Origin: Candidatus Methylospira mobilis
GTDB lineage: Bacteria; Pseudomonadota; Gammaproteobacteria; Methylococcales; Methylococcaceae
Length of the DNA stretch: 32,000 nt
Direction: 5' to 3'
Assembly: GCF_009498235.1 (NCBI RefSeq)
Contig: NZ_CP044205.1
Location: 4,597,816-4,629,815 of the forward strand
Below the pieces are notes generated by a model, which was given only the letters and a program-made list of their open reading frames with translations, was not told the origin of the DNA and did no database searches. Made by a program: the position numbers and the translations under genes. Positions 1-8,992 of this stretch are shown piece by piece (within the stretch, counting starts at the first letter, position 1; each line of letters starts with the position of its first letter).

Positions 1-1252
1 CAGTAATCCGTACCGGTGTAATCGTATTTTCCAGCTGCCGGCCATCGGTCAAGAGCAAGGCCACGCGTTGATAGTCCGGCGTATAACCGGAAATTATGTC
101 CAAGCCTGTTTGCTCTGGGGCGGGTTTAGCCTGTTCCCAAAGTATCTCTGCGATGCTGCCAAGCAGATGAGCTTGCGCTTGTGTTTTTTGCCGCTCGGCC
201 AGCAAATGCAGAACCCGGCTGCGTTCGCGTTTGACAGTCTCGGAAACCTGATCCGGCAGCGTTGCGGCTTTGGTGCCGTTACGTAGCGAATAACTGAAAA
301 TATGGATATGCCCGAAGCCCAGCGCTTCGATAAACGCCAGGGTGTCCTCCCATTCCTGCCCGGTTTCGCCGGGAAAACCGACTATGATATCCGTGGTGAT
401 ATTGATGCCGGGTACGGCGCTACGCAGCCGCTGAACCAATGCGGCAAAATCCTGGGTCTTGCAACGGCGCGCCATGCGCCGCAGCACGCTGTCGGAACCG
501 CTTTGCAGCGGCAGGTGCAGGTGCGGCATGAAGCGGGGGTTCTGCATCAGCGAAAAAAAACCTTCGGGTATATCCCAGGGTTCCAGCGAGCCCAGACGCA
601 AGCGCGGAATCGACGTTCTATCGAGCACCGTTGCAACCAATTCACCGAGATTAAGCCCCAGATCGCTGCCATAACCGCCCAGATGCACGCCGGTCAGAAT
701 AAACTCCTGTACGCCCTGATTATGCAGCCGGTTTATCTCTTCGACGATTTCGTCCAGCGTGCGGCTCTTTTCCTCGCCGCGCGCGCTGGTGACGATGCAA
801 AAGGTGCAGCGATAGCGGCAACCGTCCTGCACCTTGATGAATGCGCGCTGACGACCGCGCTTGAACAGCGAGTTTTCGCCCGGTTCGGAAGAAAATGCCG
901 GCATAGCCGCCAGATTCAGACGCTCAGCGGCTATATCGATCAGCCGGCTTTTTTCGGTATTGCCGATCACCAGGTCGACGCCCAGCGACTCAGCCACTTC
1001 CTGCGGATTGAGCGTCGCATAGCAACCGCTGACCACCAGCTTGGCGCCGGGCGCTTCGCGATGCGTGCGGCGGATAATCTGCCGCGATTTCTTCACCGCA
1101 TCCTGGGTGACAGCGCAGGAGTTCAGCACCACCAGGTCGGCATCCTGATGATGCGCCACTATCTGATGTCCGGCGGCGTCCAGCTGCTGCGCCCAAGTTT
1201 CCAGCTCGGCTTCATTGAGGCGGCAGCCGAGGGTTTTTAAGTTAACGCGCAT
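1..1252 (-). CDS. mtaB: MiaB-family radical-SAM tRNA methylthiotransferase, MtaB-like (C-terminus beyond window edge)
   Basis: It is missing from the ORF track because it has no stop codon inside the window. My minus-strand translation from ATG 1252-1250 reads MRVNLKTLGCRLNEAELETWAQQLDAAGHQIV...VLNSCAVT...FIKVQDGCRYRCTFCIV...LHLPLQSGSDSVLRRM...IVGFPGET. It carries the N-terminal UPF0004 cysteines, the CxxxCxxC radical-SAM motif and the GFPGET motif. It lies 20 nt downstream of the ftsK stop on the same strand. The MtaB versus MiaB/RimO subfamily call rests on the N-terminal TLGCRLNxxE pattern only. Confidence 0.75.
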   Translation of the reverse strand, partial: MRVNLKTLGCRLNEAELETWAQQLDAAGHQIVAHHQDADLVVLNSCAVTQDAVKKSRQIIRRTHREAPGAKLVVSGCYATLNPQEVAESLGVDLVIGNTEKSRLIDIAAERLNLAAMPAFSSEPGENSLFKRGRQRAFIKVQDGCRYRCTFCIVTSARGEEKSRTLDEIVEEINRLHNQGVQEFILTGVHLGGYGSDLGLNLGELVATVLDRTSIPRLRLGSLEPWDIPEGFFSLMQNPRFMPHLHLPLQSGSDSVLRRMARRCKTQDFAALVQRLRSAVPGINITTDIIVGFPGETGQEWEDTLAFIEALGFGHIHIFSYSLRNGTKAATLPDQVSETVKRERSRVLHLLAERQKTQAQAHLLGSIAEILWEQAKPAPEQTGLDIISGYTPDYQRVALLLTDGRQLENTITPVRIT

Positions 1253-1271
1253 GAAAATATTCGCGCTTTTT

Positions 1272-3590
1272 CTAAACTTCCGGAGGCGGCGGCGCCAGCA
1301 CTTCGCGGCTGCCGTTGGTTTCCGCCGGGCCGACGATGCCGGCGCTCTCCATTTCTTCGATCATGCGCGCGGCGCGGTTATAGCCGACCTTGAAGCGGCG
1401 CTGCACGCCGGAAATGGAGGCTTTGCGCGATTCGGTGACGAAACGCACCGCTTCGTCGTACAGGGCGTCCAGATCGTCGCCGCCGTCGCCATTGCCGCCG
1501 CGCGAGCTTCCGCCGCCTTCGCTGCCGTCTTCGGTAAAGCGGGTGATTTCTTCTATGTAATCGGCGTGTCCGGTTGTCTTCAAAAACTCGACGATATCGT
1601 GCACTTCCTGATCGGAAACGAAGGCGCCGTGCGCGCGCATCGGGATGCCCGCGCCCGGCGGTAAAAACAGCATGTCGCCATTGCCGAGCAGGGCTTCGGC
1701 GCCGCTTTGGTCGATGACGGTGCGCGAGTCGATGCGCGAAGAGACCTGGAACGACAGACGCGTCGGAATATTGGCCTTGATCAACCCGGTTAAAACATCC
1801 ACGGAGGGGCGCTGCGTCGCCAGTATCAGGTGCAAGCCGGCGGCGCGCGCCTTCTGCGCCAGACGCGCGATCAGTTCTTCCACCTTCTTGCCGACGATCA
1901 TCATCATGTCGGCCAGCTCGTCGATCACGATCACGATAAACGGCAGCGGCGCCAGTTCCGGCGGCCCGTCTTCGGTAACGGACAGGTTCGGTTTCCATGT
2001 GGGGTCCAGCAGCGGCGCGCCGTTTTTGATCGCGGCCTTTACCTTCTCGTTGTAACCGGCGAGATTGCGCACGCCGAGCTTGGACATCAGCGCATAACGC
2101 CGCTCCATTTCCGCGACGCACCAGCGCAGGGAGTTGGCCGCTTCCTTCATGTCGGTTACCACCGGCGTCAGCAGATGCGGAATATCGGCGTATATCGACA
2201 GCTCCAGCATTTTCGGGTCGATCATGATCAGCCGCACTTCTTCCGGCGTAGCCTTGTACAACATGCTCAGGATCATTACGTTGATCGCTACCGATTTGCC
2301 CGAACCGGTGGTGCCTGCAACCAGCAGGTGCGGCATTTTGGCAAGGTTGGCGACCACGGGCTCGCCGCTGATGCTTTTGCCAAGCACCAGCGTCAGCGGC
2401 GATTCGGCGTGCTGATAAACATCGGAAGCCAGCACCGAATGCAACAAAACCATCTCGCGTTCTTCGTTGGGTATTTCCAGACCGATCAGCGATTTTCCCG
2501 GGATGATTTCGACAACCCGTACGCTGGTTACCGACAGCGCGCGCGCCAGATCCTTGGCGAGCCCGGTGATGCGGCTGACTTTGATGCCGGCGGCAGGCTG
2601 GATTTCAAAGCGGGTAATTACCGGGCCGGGATGGATTTCCGCGACGGTAACCGACACGCCGAAATCGGCCAGTATGCTTTCCACCAGCCGCGACATGTCT
2701 TCCAGCGCTTCATCGCTATAGCCCTGGGTTTCGGGCGCCTGATCATTCAGTAAATCCAGCGGGGGCAACTCGCCGCTATGCGTCGGCGGCTGCAGGAAAG
2801 CGGAAGCTGCCGGTTTGGACACCACTGGCCTGGGTTCTGCCGGTCTGCGTTGTTCGACAGGCGCAGGTTTCGGCTTGATTTCCGGAGCCGGTCTGGGGGC
2901 GTGCACGGGCGCATGGACTTCGGCTTGCTCTTGAGTCTCGACAGGCGCGCTGCTCCGCTTGCTTGCCGGGGCAAATAGCGACAGAACCGCATTGATTACA
3001 TACAGCGCACTTTTTCCGGCGATATCGATCACGCTTATCCAAGACAAACCGGTATACAGCGAAACACCGGATAAAAAAGCCGCTACCAGAAATGCAAATG
3101 CGCCGGTACGCCCGAAATTGCCGGTCAACAAATCTGCGACCGCTTCTCCCATAATACCGCCGCTGCCTTCGGGCAGTTTGACCGCGACTTTGCTCAGCTT
3201 CAAAGTGGCAAGTCCGGCGCCAGCGCTCAGCGCGCTCGCCATGCCCAGCCACTGCACGACATGGCCGGCAAAACTGCGCGGCATTCCACCATTCCCGCGG
3301 CTGACGGTATAACCGTAACCGGCAAGTAGAAAAGGCAGCAGCCAGGCTATCAGGCCCAGTTGCGTCAGACTGAAATCGGAAATCAGCGCGCCTAACGCGC
3401 CTCCGCCGTTTGCCAGCTTCCTACCGTATTCGGAATGCGACCAGCCTGCGTCGTTCGGGTTAAACGTGATCAATGCCACCAGCACAAACAGCCCGACGGC
3501 CGCATAAGCCAAAAAAATCGCTTCGCGCAGACCTCGTCCGAGCATTGCCCCTATATCCGTCGCCAGACTTTTTTTGACAGGTTGTTCCAA
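1272..3590 (-). CDS. ftsK: DNA translocase FtsK
   Basis: This is a 772-aa ORF. It has N-terminal transmembrane helices, a Pro/Ala-rich linker, a motor domain with Walker A GTTGSGKS and Walker [11 protein letters not shown], and a C-terminal gamma winged-helix ([24 protein letters not shown]). The ORF opens with TTG at 3590; an in-frame Met 15 codons downstream is an alternative start. Confidence 0.95.
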   Translation of the reverse strand: MEQPVKKSLATDIGAMLGRGLREAIFLAYAAVGLFVLVALITFNPNDAGWSHSEYGRKLANGGGALGALISDFSLTQLGLIAWLLPFLLAGYGYTVSRGNGGMPRSFAGHVVQWLGMASALSAGAGLATLKLSKVAVKLPEGSGGIMGEAVADLLTGNFGRTGAFAFLVAAFLSGVSLYTGLSWISVIDIAGKSALYVINAVLSLFAPASKRSSAPVETQEQAEVHAPVHAPRPAPEIKPKPAPVEQRRPAEPRPVVSKPAASAFLQPPTHSGELPPLDLLNDQAPETQGYSDEALEDMSRLVESILADFGVSVTVAEIHPGPVITRFEIQPAAGIKVSRITGLAKDLARALSVTSVRVVEIIPGKSLIGLEIPNEEREMVLLHSVLASDVYQHAESPLTLVLGKSISGEPVVANLAKMPHLLVAGTTGSGKSVAINVMILSMLYKATPEEVRLIMIDPKMLELSIYADIPHLLTPVVTDMKEAANSLRWCVAEMERRYALMSKLGVRNLAGYNEKVKAAIKNGAPLLDPTWKPNLSVTEDGPPELAPLPFIVIVIDELADMMMIVGKKVEELIARLAQKARAAGLHLILATQRPSVDVLTGLIKANIPTRLSFQVSSRIDSRTVIDQSGAEALLGNGDMLFLPPGAGIPMRAHGAFVSDQEVHDIVEFLKTTGHADYIEEITRFTEDGSEGGGSSRGGNGDGGDDLDALYDEAVRFVTESRKASISGVQRRFKVGYNRAARMIEEMESAGIVGPAETNGSREVLAPPPPEV

Positions 3591-3722
3591 ATGATCACCG
3601 CTCGATTCGGGTATATGTGTTACAGCGGGTATTTTTTATAACTGCGGCACTATAATCAAGTGCGGATACTCTTGACCAGATAAGACAAGACGTGCAGGCC
3701 CCCCGCTATTTGGGTGCCAGGG

Positions 3723-4691
3723 CTAGCGCCAGAAAATCGCTGCCGGCAATTCTTGCGCCGCGCCGGTCAATGACTCGCCGCCGGTTTCGCGCAGCAGCTG
3801 ATAGATTTTACCGATAGCGGCTTTTTCAGGGTTTCCCCATTGATTGACGATACCGGCGCAATAGTCGCGCCTCAGTATTTTTAATATGTTTTTATCGTTT
3901 TCCTGGGTAAGCGGCGCGATTTTGCTCCAGGCCTGATCCGAACTGCACAGCAGGCTGCGTGCTTCCGCCGACGCGGCGATAAAGGCATCCAGCTCTTTGC
4001 TGTTTTTGAGCGCCCAGCCGTTTTTGAAAACATACCCGAGATTGGGTACGGCGACTTCTATTCCTAGCCCGCGTATCATGTCGCGCCCGTCGAGTATGCG
4101 CCGGTAGCCTTGCGCTTCCTGGCGCGCGGCAAAATGCCAGAAAGTGAGAAGTGCATCCAGTTTCCCGTCCTGCAACTGCTGATTAAGCAGGGGTGGCGCG
4201 GCAAAAACCGGTTGCGCGTCGCGTTCCAGATTCAGCCCTGCCAGGCGGGTCGCGTAGGTTTTTAACAACAACCAGTTTTTGTCCAGACCGCCGCCGGCGA
4301 TTCCCAGCCGTTTGCCGCGCAAATCGGCCAGCGAGCGGACGGCGCCGCCAGCCGAAGCCATGATTGCGCCGGCTTGCGTTGAAAAAGGAATGAACTTGAA
4401 GTCTGCGCCTTGTTGATATTGGTGGGACACCCAAATCCAATCCGTTGCGATGATATCCAGGGTGTTGGCTTGCAGTCCGATTTTGCCGGCATCGGGGTTG
4501 GCGAGCAAATGCACGTCAAGCTCGACGCCATATTTTTTATCAAGTCCTTCGTTACGTATGGCCTCCAGTTCCCAGTTAACGGTTCCGAAAGTCAGCACGC
4601 CGATTTTTATGCTGCCGGATGATGCATCGGCCAGGACGGGTACGGACAGTATGAGTGCGATGAGTGCGGCGATGAATATACGTATCGACAT
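3723..4691 (-). CDS. Periplasmic solute-binding protein, NMT1/SsuA-TauA-like (nitrate/sulfonate/bicarbonate-type fold), with no cognate permease or ATPase in the window
   Basis: This is a 322-aa ORF with a Sec signal peptide (MSIRIFIAALIALILSVPVLA|DA). Its overall pattern resembles type-2 periplasmic binding proteins (IKIGVLTFGTVNWE..., RGKRLGIAGGGLDKNW). Family assignment is by eye, not by HMM. It starts 19 nt after the zapD stop. Confidence 0.6.
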   Translation of the reverse strand: MSIRIFIAALIALILSVPVLADASSGSIKIGVLTFGTVNWELEAIRNEGLDKKYGVELDVHLLANPDAGKIGLQANTLDIIATDWIWVSHQYQQGADFKFIPFSTQAGAIMASAGGAVRSLADLRGKRLGIAGGGLDKNWLLLKTYATRLAGLNLERDAQPVFAAPPLLNQQLQDGKLDALLTFWHFAARQEAQGYRRILDGRDMIRGLGIEVAVPNLGYVFKNGWALKNSKELDAFIAASAEARSLLCSSDQAWSKIAPLTQENDKNILKILRRDYCAGIVNQWGNPEKAAIGKIYQLLRETGGESLTGAAQELPAAIFWR

Positions 4692-4710
4692 GATCTATTT
4701 CCGGTGCCGG

Positions 4711-5478
4711 CTAAAAGGCGCAGCAGCTTAATGTGAATGAAATGCTTTTGGACGTTTGCGCAGGGCGTTCGTGTATGCTTGCATTCATGAAGCGGATGGA
4801 AAAGCGTTGCTTGCCTCCGCTAAACTCGGCGAAGTAGGGAAGCCGGTCATCCAGCTCGACCTGCAGCATCTGGAACGGTAATGCTGCATCCAGGGATTTC
4901 TGGAAAAAGCCGTTGTCCGCTTGCTCCTCAGTGATGTTTGCGCTGTTTCTTATCAGATGCAGCGAGAGGTCTACGGCTTTGCGCAGGGTATCGAGCGAAC
5001 CGATCCAGCCTAGAAGATCCTGCCTGCGCAGATCGTCGTCTTTTCTTAGCCAGTAATGGTAGTAAGGCAAATCAAAAGCGCAGATGGCGCTGAGTGCGGT
5101 GCCTTTTTGGCCTACGGCCTTGAGCAGTTCGTTTTCGGCCATGCACAAGCCGATCTTGTTCTGATTCGAGTATAGCGCTTCGCTGGTTTGCGCTATTTCC
5201 GCCAATAATTTTTCAAGCGCGCCATGCTCTACTTCAGGGTTGTCCATCAGTTTTTCCAGTGAGCCGGTGTAGCGATCCAGCTCCTTGATGCATTCTGATT
5301 TCAGATCGACACGGCCTAAAAAACCAAGTAATTCGAGCAGGCTGCCGACGGTGGAGCTGCTTTCGAACTCGCTGTCGCCGCGCATGAAAAAATCGATGGT
5401 ATCGAAAAGGCGTTCCAAGCGCAAAAATGCGCGTATACGCTCGTTAAGAGGAAACTCATATATGATAGGTGAACTCAT
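4711..5478 (-). CDS. zapD: Cell division protein ZapD (FtsZ-associated)
   Basis: The protein is collinear with E. coli ZapD/YacF. It has IYEFPLNERIRAFLRLE (E. coli VLFEHPLNEKMRTWLRIE), DLKSECIKELDR (VRTELLKELDR), GGKQRFSIRFM (GHKSRFAIRFM) and a C-terminal FTLSCC (FELACC). The ORF opens at TTG 5493; ATG at 5478 is preferred because it fits the E. coli N-terminus. Confidence 0.85.
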   Translation of the reverse strand: MSSPIIYEFPLNERIRAFLRLERLFDTIDFFMRGDSEFESSSTVGSLLELLGFLGRVDLKSECIKELDRYTGSLEKLMDNPEVEHGALEKLLAEIAQTSEALYSNQNKIGLCMAENELLKAVGQKGTALSAICAFDLPYYHYWLRKDDDLRRQDLLGWIGSLDTLRKAVDLSLHLIRNSANITEEQADNGFFQKSLDAALPFQMLQVELDDRLPYFAEFSGGKQRFSIRFMNASIHERPAQTSKSISFTLSCCAF

Positions 5479-5667
5479 CTTTGAGTTTTTCAATTGCTGT
5501 GGTTAGGTAAGCGCATTGGCTGTTAAAGCCACTAATCTTATTGATTATAGCGATTAATCTGGCGGAATTGGTAACTTTCGGCGGTCGGGACGGTGGTATT
5601 TTTCCGGCAGAAGGCGCAATTTCGTTGACACGGCGGCCAACGCTTGCGCCAGCGCCTGTAGGTGCGC

Positions 5668-6948
5668 TTATTTATAAAGCGGGCACGCATTCACTCTGTC
5701 TTCTATGAGCTGTTTAATTTCCTGAAACTCCGCTGATTCGACACTGTGGAAGCGCGTCTGAAAAGCGTATGAACTCAGATGCTCCGGTAAATCCAGAATA
5801 CGAGGCATATAAATGGTTTCTTCTCTTGTTTGGCTGATTTTATTTTGAGTAGTGAGCGCATCTTTGGGGCTGCGCGTCGCCATTTTTCCAAACAAGGTGC
5901 CTGCGCGATCGGCGGCGAGATCGGTGAAACTGAAGCCGCTGCCGCTATGTATATCATTGATTTCTTTTGCAAATCCTATCATATCGGAAAGCGTTCGGTT
6001 GCCAGACATTGCCAGCGTGGCGGACAGCATGAAATGCTGAGCGGTGTCGACCCGCCGATTGAGCAGCGTGCCAAGACGCGGTAATGGCTCCGGTGCGGGT
6101 AATGTGCCATTGTCCGTCAACAGACTCCAGCCGTTTGCGTATGCGGTCAAAACCAGTATTAATGCACGGTTTTCTTCGACGGGATCGCCCAAGCTTGCAG
6201 CGGCTGTTTCCGTACGTGCCTTTGCCAGTTGAAACAGCGGCTGCATCAATGAGCCCAGGCTGATAAAGCGTTTCTTGCCGGATTGCGCTATGAGTTCCGC
6301 CAGCCGGTTGTGATAACTAAGCAAGCGATCCCTGTTTGCCAGGTCTGATTCGAGTTCCTGCGCCTGTCCCGTTGTTGAATTGTTCCAATGCAGTGTAATG
6401 CTGACCTGGTCGCTGCCGATATGAACGCCCTGTACTATCCGGGTGGCGAGGTCGTCATAGTGTTTAATCGAAGGAAATAGTCGCACTGCTTTCATCAGAA
6501 CATAAACCAGCGGTTCCGGAATGACCAGGTGGCCGATATCCAGCCGTCTTATGATGGCGTGCGGCGTGTCGTCATCGGCGATCAGCGCAATATTGAGGTA
6601 TATATTTTTTTGCTGCGTCGGCAATTTTATGGCGGCGCGAAACTCCAGGTGTTTTTCCTTGATGCGCGTTTCGATACGACCCGCCAGCTCTTTTTTCATG
6701 AGCAGAAAATTAGCGATGGCGGTAATGTCTTCCGCCGTTAATCTGAGTGAGCGTAGCGATTTTTGCTGCAAAGGATTTTCACTTGCAGGCTGCAGGTTGA
6801 TATGCGGGGTAGGGAGCGCCAGTGGGTCCGGGTCGTTTGGAAATACCGAGGCTTTCCCCTGAAATGCCAGTTGTACCAGCAATAGTGGAAGTGTGACGAG
6901 CAGGCAGCCCGCCAGTAACGCTGTTTTGAAAAAGCGTCTTTCGTGCAT
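5668..6948 (-). CDS. Hypothetical protein with an N-terminal membrane anchor or signal-anchor
   Basis: This is a 426-aa ORF with no competing long ORF. It has an N-terminal hydrophobic helix (FKTALLAGCLLVTLPLLLVQLAF). I recognise no family; the distinctive motif is HSGSGFSFTDLAADRAGTLFG. Confidence 0.6.
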   Translation of the reverse strand: MHERRFFKTALLAGCLLVTLPLLLVQLAFQGKASVFPNDPDPLALPTPHINLQPASENPLQQKSLRSLRLTAEDITAIANFLLMKKELAGRIETRIKEKHLEFRAAIKLPTQQKNIYLNIALIADDDTPHAIIRRLDIGHLVIPEPLVYVLMKAVRLFPSIKHYDDLATRIVQGVHIGSDQVSITLHWNNSTTGQAQELESDLANRDRLLSYHNRLAELIAQSGKKRFISLGSLMQPLFQLAKARTETAAASLGDPVEENRALILVLTAYANGWSLLTDNGTLPAPEPLPRLGTLLNRRVDTAQHFMLSATLAMSGNRTLSDMIGFAKEINDIHSGSGFSFTDLAADRAGTLFGKMATRSPKDALTTQNKISQTREETIYMPRILDLPEHLSSYAFQTRFHSVESAEFQEIKQLIEDRVNACPLYK

Positions 6949-7262
6949 GGTAAGCGCTGATTTAATGGTTTTTCCGGTAAACCTGAAGCAGGTTATTGAT
7001 TTTATATTAAACGGCGTTGATCAATGTCGAAAAAAATCAGCGCTCAGCATGGTTTCAGCCGGTAATCTCTATTAAAACCGCATAGTCGGGGCCAGCCCGG
7101 CCTGCTATTGGCAGGTTTTGCTGGTTAATTATATCCGAGGAGCGGCGGGTCGGGCATTTTATGACTCCGTGGGCCTATAGGCTGCGCGGGTTGTTTATAA
7201 TGTACTATTTTACTTGGTAATAGATGTTGTTGTATAATCATTTCAAATAATGAGGGAGTGCC

Positions 7263-7745
7263 GTGAGACTGACAACCAAAGGCCGCTATGCAGTTACCGC
7301 CATGCTTGACCTGGCATGCCATGCCGACGGGCGACCGGTTACGCTGACCGATATTGCGAAACGGCAAGCTATTTCCTTGTCTTATCTCGAGCAGCTCTTT
7401 GCCCGCTTGAGGCGGGGAGGCATGGTTGAGGGCGTACGCGGCCCCGGCGGCGGCTACCAATTGAGTAAAGATGCGTCCGAAATCAATATTGCAGAAATAG
7501 TCGCCGCCGTGGATGAGGCGATAGACTCGACGCGCTGCGGCGGCAAAGCCAATTGCCGGGGGGCGGAGCCTTGTTTGACGCATGAACTATGGATGGGGCT
7601 TAGTGAGCAGATCAGGCAGTATCTGTCGACGATAACGCTTGCGGATGTTTTGCAGCAGCGCTCGGCGCGAGGTGCGGAGTCGGCAGCTAACCGTCATGAA
7701 CAACATGTCGAGGTAACCGCCCGCGTCGCGCTTGATTTCAGATAG
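7263..7745 (+). CDS. iscR: Rrf2-family [2Fe-2S] transcriptional regulator IscR
   Basis: The start is GTG, with GAGGGA 6 nt upstream. The protein is near-collinear with E. coli IscR ([18 protein letters not shown]..., [25 protein letters not shown]). The cluster ligands are in the IscR spacing C-x5-C-x5-C-x2-H ([17 protein letters not shown]). Confidence 0.9.
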   Translation: MRLTTKGRYAVTAMLDLACHADGRPVTLTDIAKRQAISLSYLEQLFARLRRGGMVEGVRGPGGGYQLSKDASEINIAEIVAAVDEAIDSTRCGGKANCRGAEPCLTHELWMGLSEQIRQYLSTITLADVLQQRSARGAESAANRHEQHVEVTARVALDFR

Positions 7746-7757
7746 CAGCGGAAATCG

Positions 7758-8645
7758 TCATAGCTGTGCTTTCACGGCTGCCGCCTGTTCAAGTTCGGCA
7801 ATGCGGCTGTTCAGCAATGCCTGGCGTTTTTGTTTGATCCAATCGTACCATTGCGACAGTCCTTCACCGCCGGTCGCGGTCAGCTGAATAATGTCGGCCT
7901 CGGCATTCACCTGGCGCACATAGTGCAGACAACGCTCCAGATCGAAACTCAAATACGGCAATAAATCGATCTTGTTGATCAGCACCAGCCCGGCGCGATG
8001 GAACATGTCCGGGTATTTCAGCGGCTTGTCCTCGCCTTCGGTAACCGACAAAATCACCACTTTGGCGGCCTCGCCGAGATCGAACAAGGCCGGGCATACC
8101 AGGTTGCCGACATTTTCGATGAACAGCACGGAATGATCGGCCGGTTTCAGCGTGATTATAGCCTGTTCGACCATGCGCCCGTCCAGGTGGCAGCCCTTGC
8201 CGGTATTGATCTGTACTGCGCCTGCTCCGGTGGCGCGTATGCGCTCGGCGTCGTTTTCGGTTTGCTGATCGCCCTCGATCACATTCAGCGCATACTGGTT
8301 TTTCAGGTCTTGTATGCTGCGTTCGAGTAAACTGGTTTTACCGGAGCCGGGGCTGGACACCAAGTTGAGCGCGAGTATGCAGTGTTCGTCGAAATAGCGC
8401 CGGTTGCGCGCTGCGTCGGCATCGTTGCGGCCGAGGATGTCCTGTTCGATCTTGATGATGCGCGCCTGACTCAGGCCGCCGATGTGCAGACCGGCAGGCC
8501 CCAGCCCATAGTGGTGATGGTGGGAATGCCCGTGCGCATGGTCGTGAGGATGATCGTGGTTATGTTGATGATCGCCGTGATGATGTGCATGCGCAGTATC
8601 TTCCGCATGGCTGTGAGTGTCGCCGCAACCGCATACTGTACACAT
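7758..8645 (-). CDS. hypB: Hydrogenase nickel-incorporation GTPase HypB (with His-rich Ni-storage stretch)
   Basis: It has an N-terminal MCTVCGCG metal site and a His-rich tract ([35 protein letters not shown]). It also has a G1 P-loop (GSPGSGKT) and an NKIDL G4 motif. Its start directly abuts the hypA stop. Confidence 0.95.
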   Translation of the reverse strand: MCTVCGCGDTHSHAEDTAHAHHHGDHQHNHDHPHDHAHGHSHHHHYGLGPAGLHIGGLSQARIIKIEQDILGRNDADAARNRRYFDEHCILALNLVSSPGSGKTSLLERSIQDLKNQYALNVIEGDQQTENDAERIRATGAGAVQINTGKGCHLDGRMVEQAIITLKPADHSVLFIENVGNLVCPALFDLGEAAKVVILSVTEGEDKPLKYPDMFHRAGLVLINKIDLLPYLSFDLERCLHYVRQVNAEADIIQLTATGGEGLSQWYDWIKQKRQALLNSRIAELEQAAAVKAQL

Positions 8646-8987
8646 TTACTCTACCTCCAGAGCTGTAATTTTCAATTCCTCGCCGCCGGTAATTTGCAGC
8701 TGGTGTCCATCGCACAGCGGACAAGGCGCTTGATAATTGCCCACGGAGACCTGTCTGCTGCATTCGAAGCACCAGGCCGTTCCGGGAGTTTCGGTAATTT
8801 CCAGCACCGCCTGTTCGGCGGGGCCGTCCTTGCGCAGAAACTCGAAACCGAACTGCAAAGCCTCGGGATCGACGCCCGCCATCGGGCCTATCGCCAGACA
8901 GACCTTGCGCACGCGCGTAAAGCGCTGTTCGCGCGCCTGCGCGTCGATGATATCAATGATGCCCTGGCAAAGCGATAGTTCGTGCAT
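8646..8987 (-). CDS. hypA: Hydrogenase nickel-insertion protein HypA
   Basis: This is a 113-aa ORF with an MHELSLCQ N-terminus (the MHE nickel site) and a zinc site CFEC...CPLC. Confidence 0.9.
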   Translation of the reverse strand: MHELSLCQGIIDIIDAQAREQRFTRVRKVCLAIGPMAGVDPEALQFGFEFLRKDGPAEQAVLEITETPGTAWCFECSRQVSVGNYQAPCPLCDGHQLQITGGEELKITALEVE

Positions 8988-8992
8988 GGCTG

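Noticed and set aside
302-1240. 312-aa plus-strand ORF (and nested 459-674, 990-1196 ORFs)
   Set aside because: It is antisense to the much better supported radical-SAM methylthiotransferase, whose motifs read cleanly on the minus strand. The translation is Arg/Ala/Gln-rich with no motifs, typical of a GC-rich shadow ORF.
1378-3312. Several 80-307-aa ORFs in alternative frames or strands across ftsK (for example 1830-2753 +, 1378-2121 -, 2776-3252 -)
   Set aside because: All overlap the 772-aa FtsK frame, which has Walker motifs and a gamma domain. Their compositions (Arg/Gly/His runs) indicate off-frame GC-rich artefacts.
7125-7583. 152-aa minus-strand ORF
   Set aside because: It is antisense to iscR, whose product is near-collinear with E. 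coli IscR.
8382-8978. 198-aa plus-strand ORF with [16 protein letters not shown] stretch, and the repetitive cat/cac tract at about 8508-8618
   Set aside because: The ORF is the antisense reading of the hypB His-rich tract and of hypA. The repetitiveness is codon-level low complexity encoding poly-His, not a repeat element or CRISPR.
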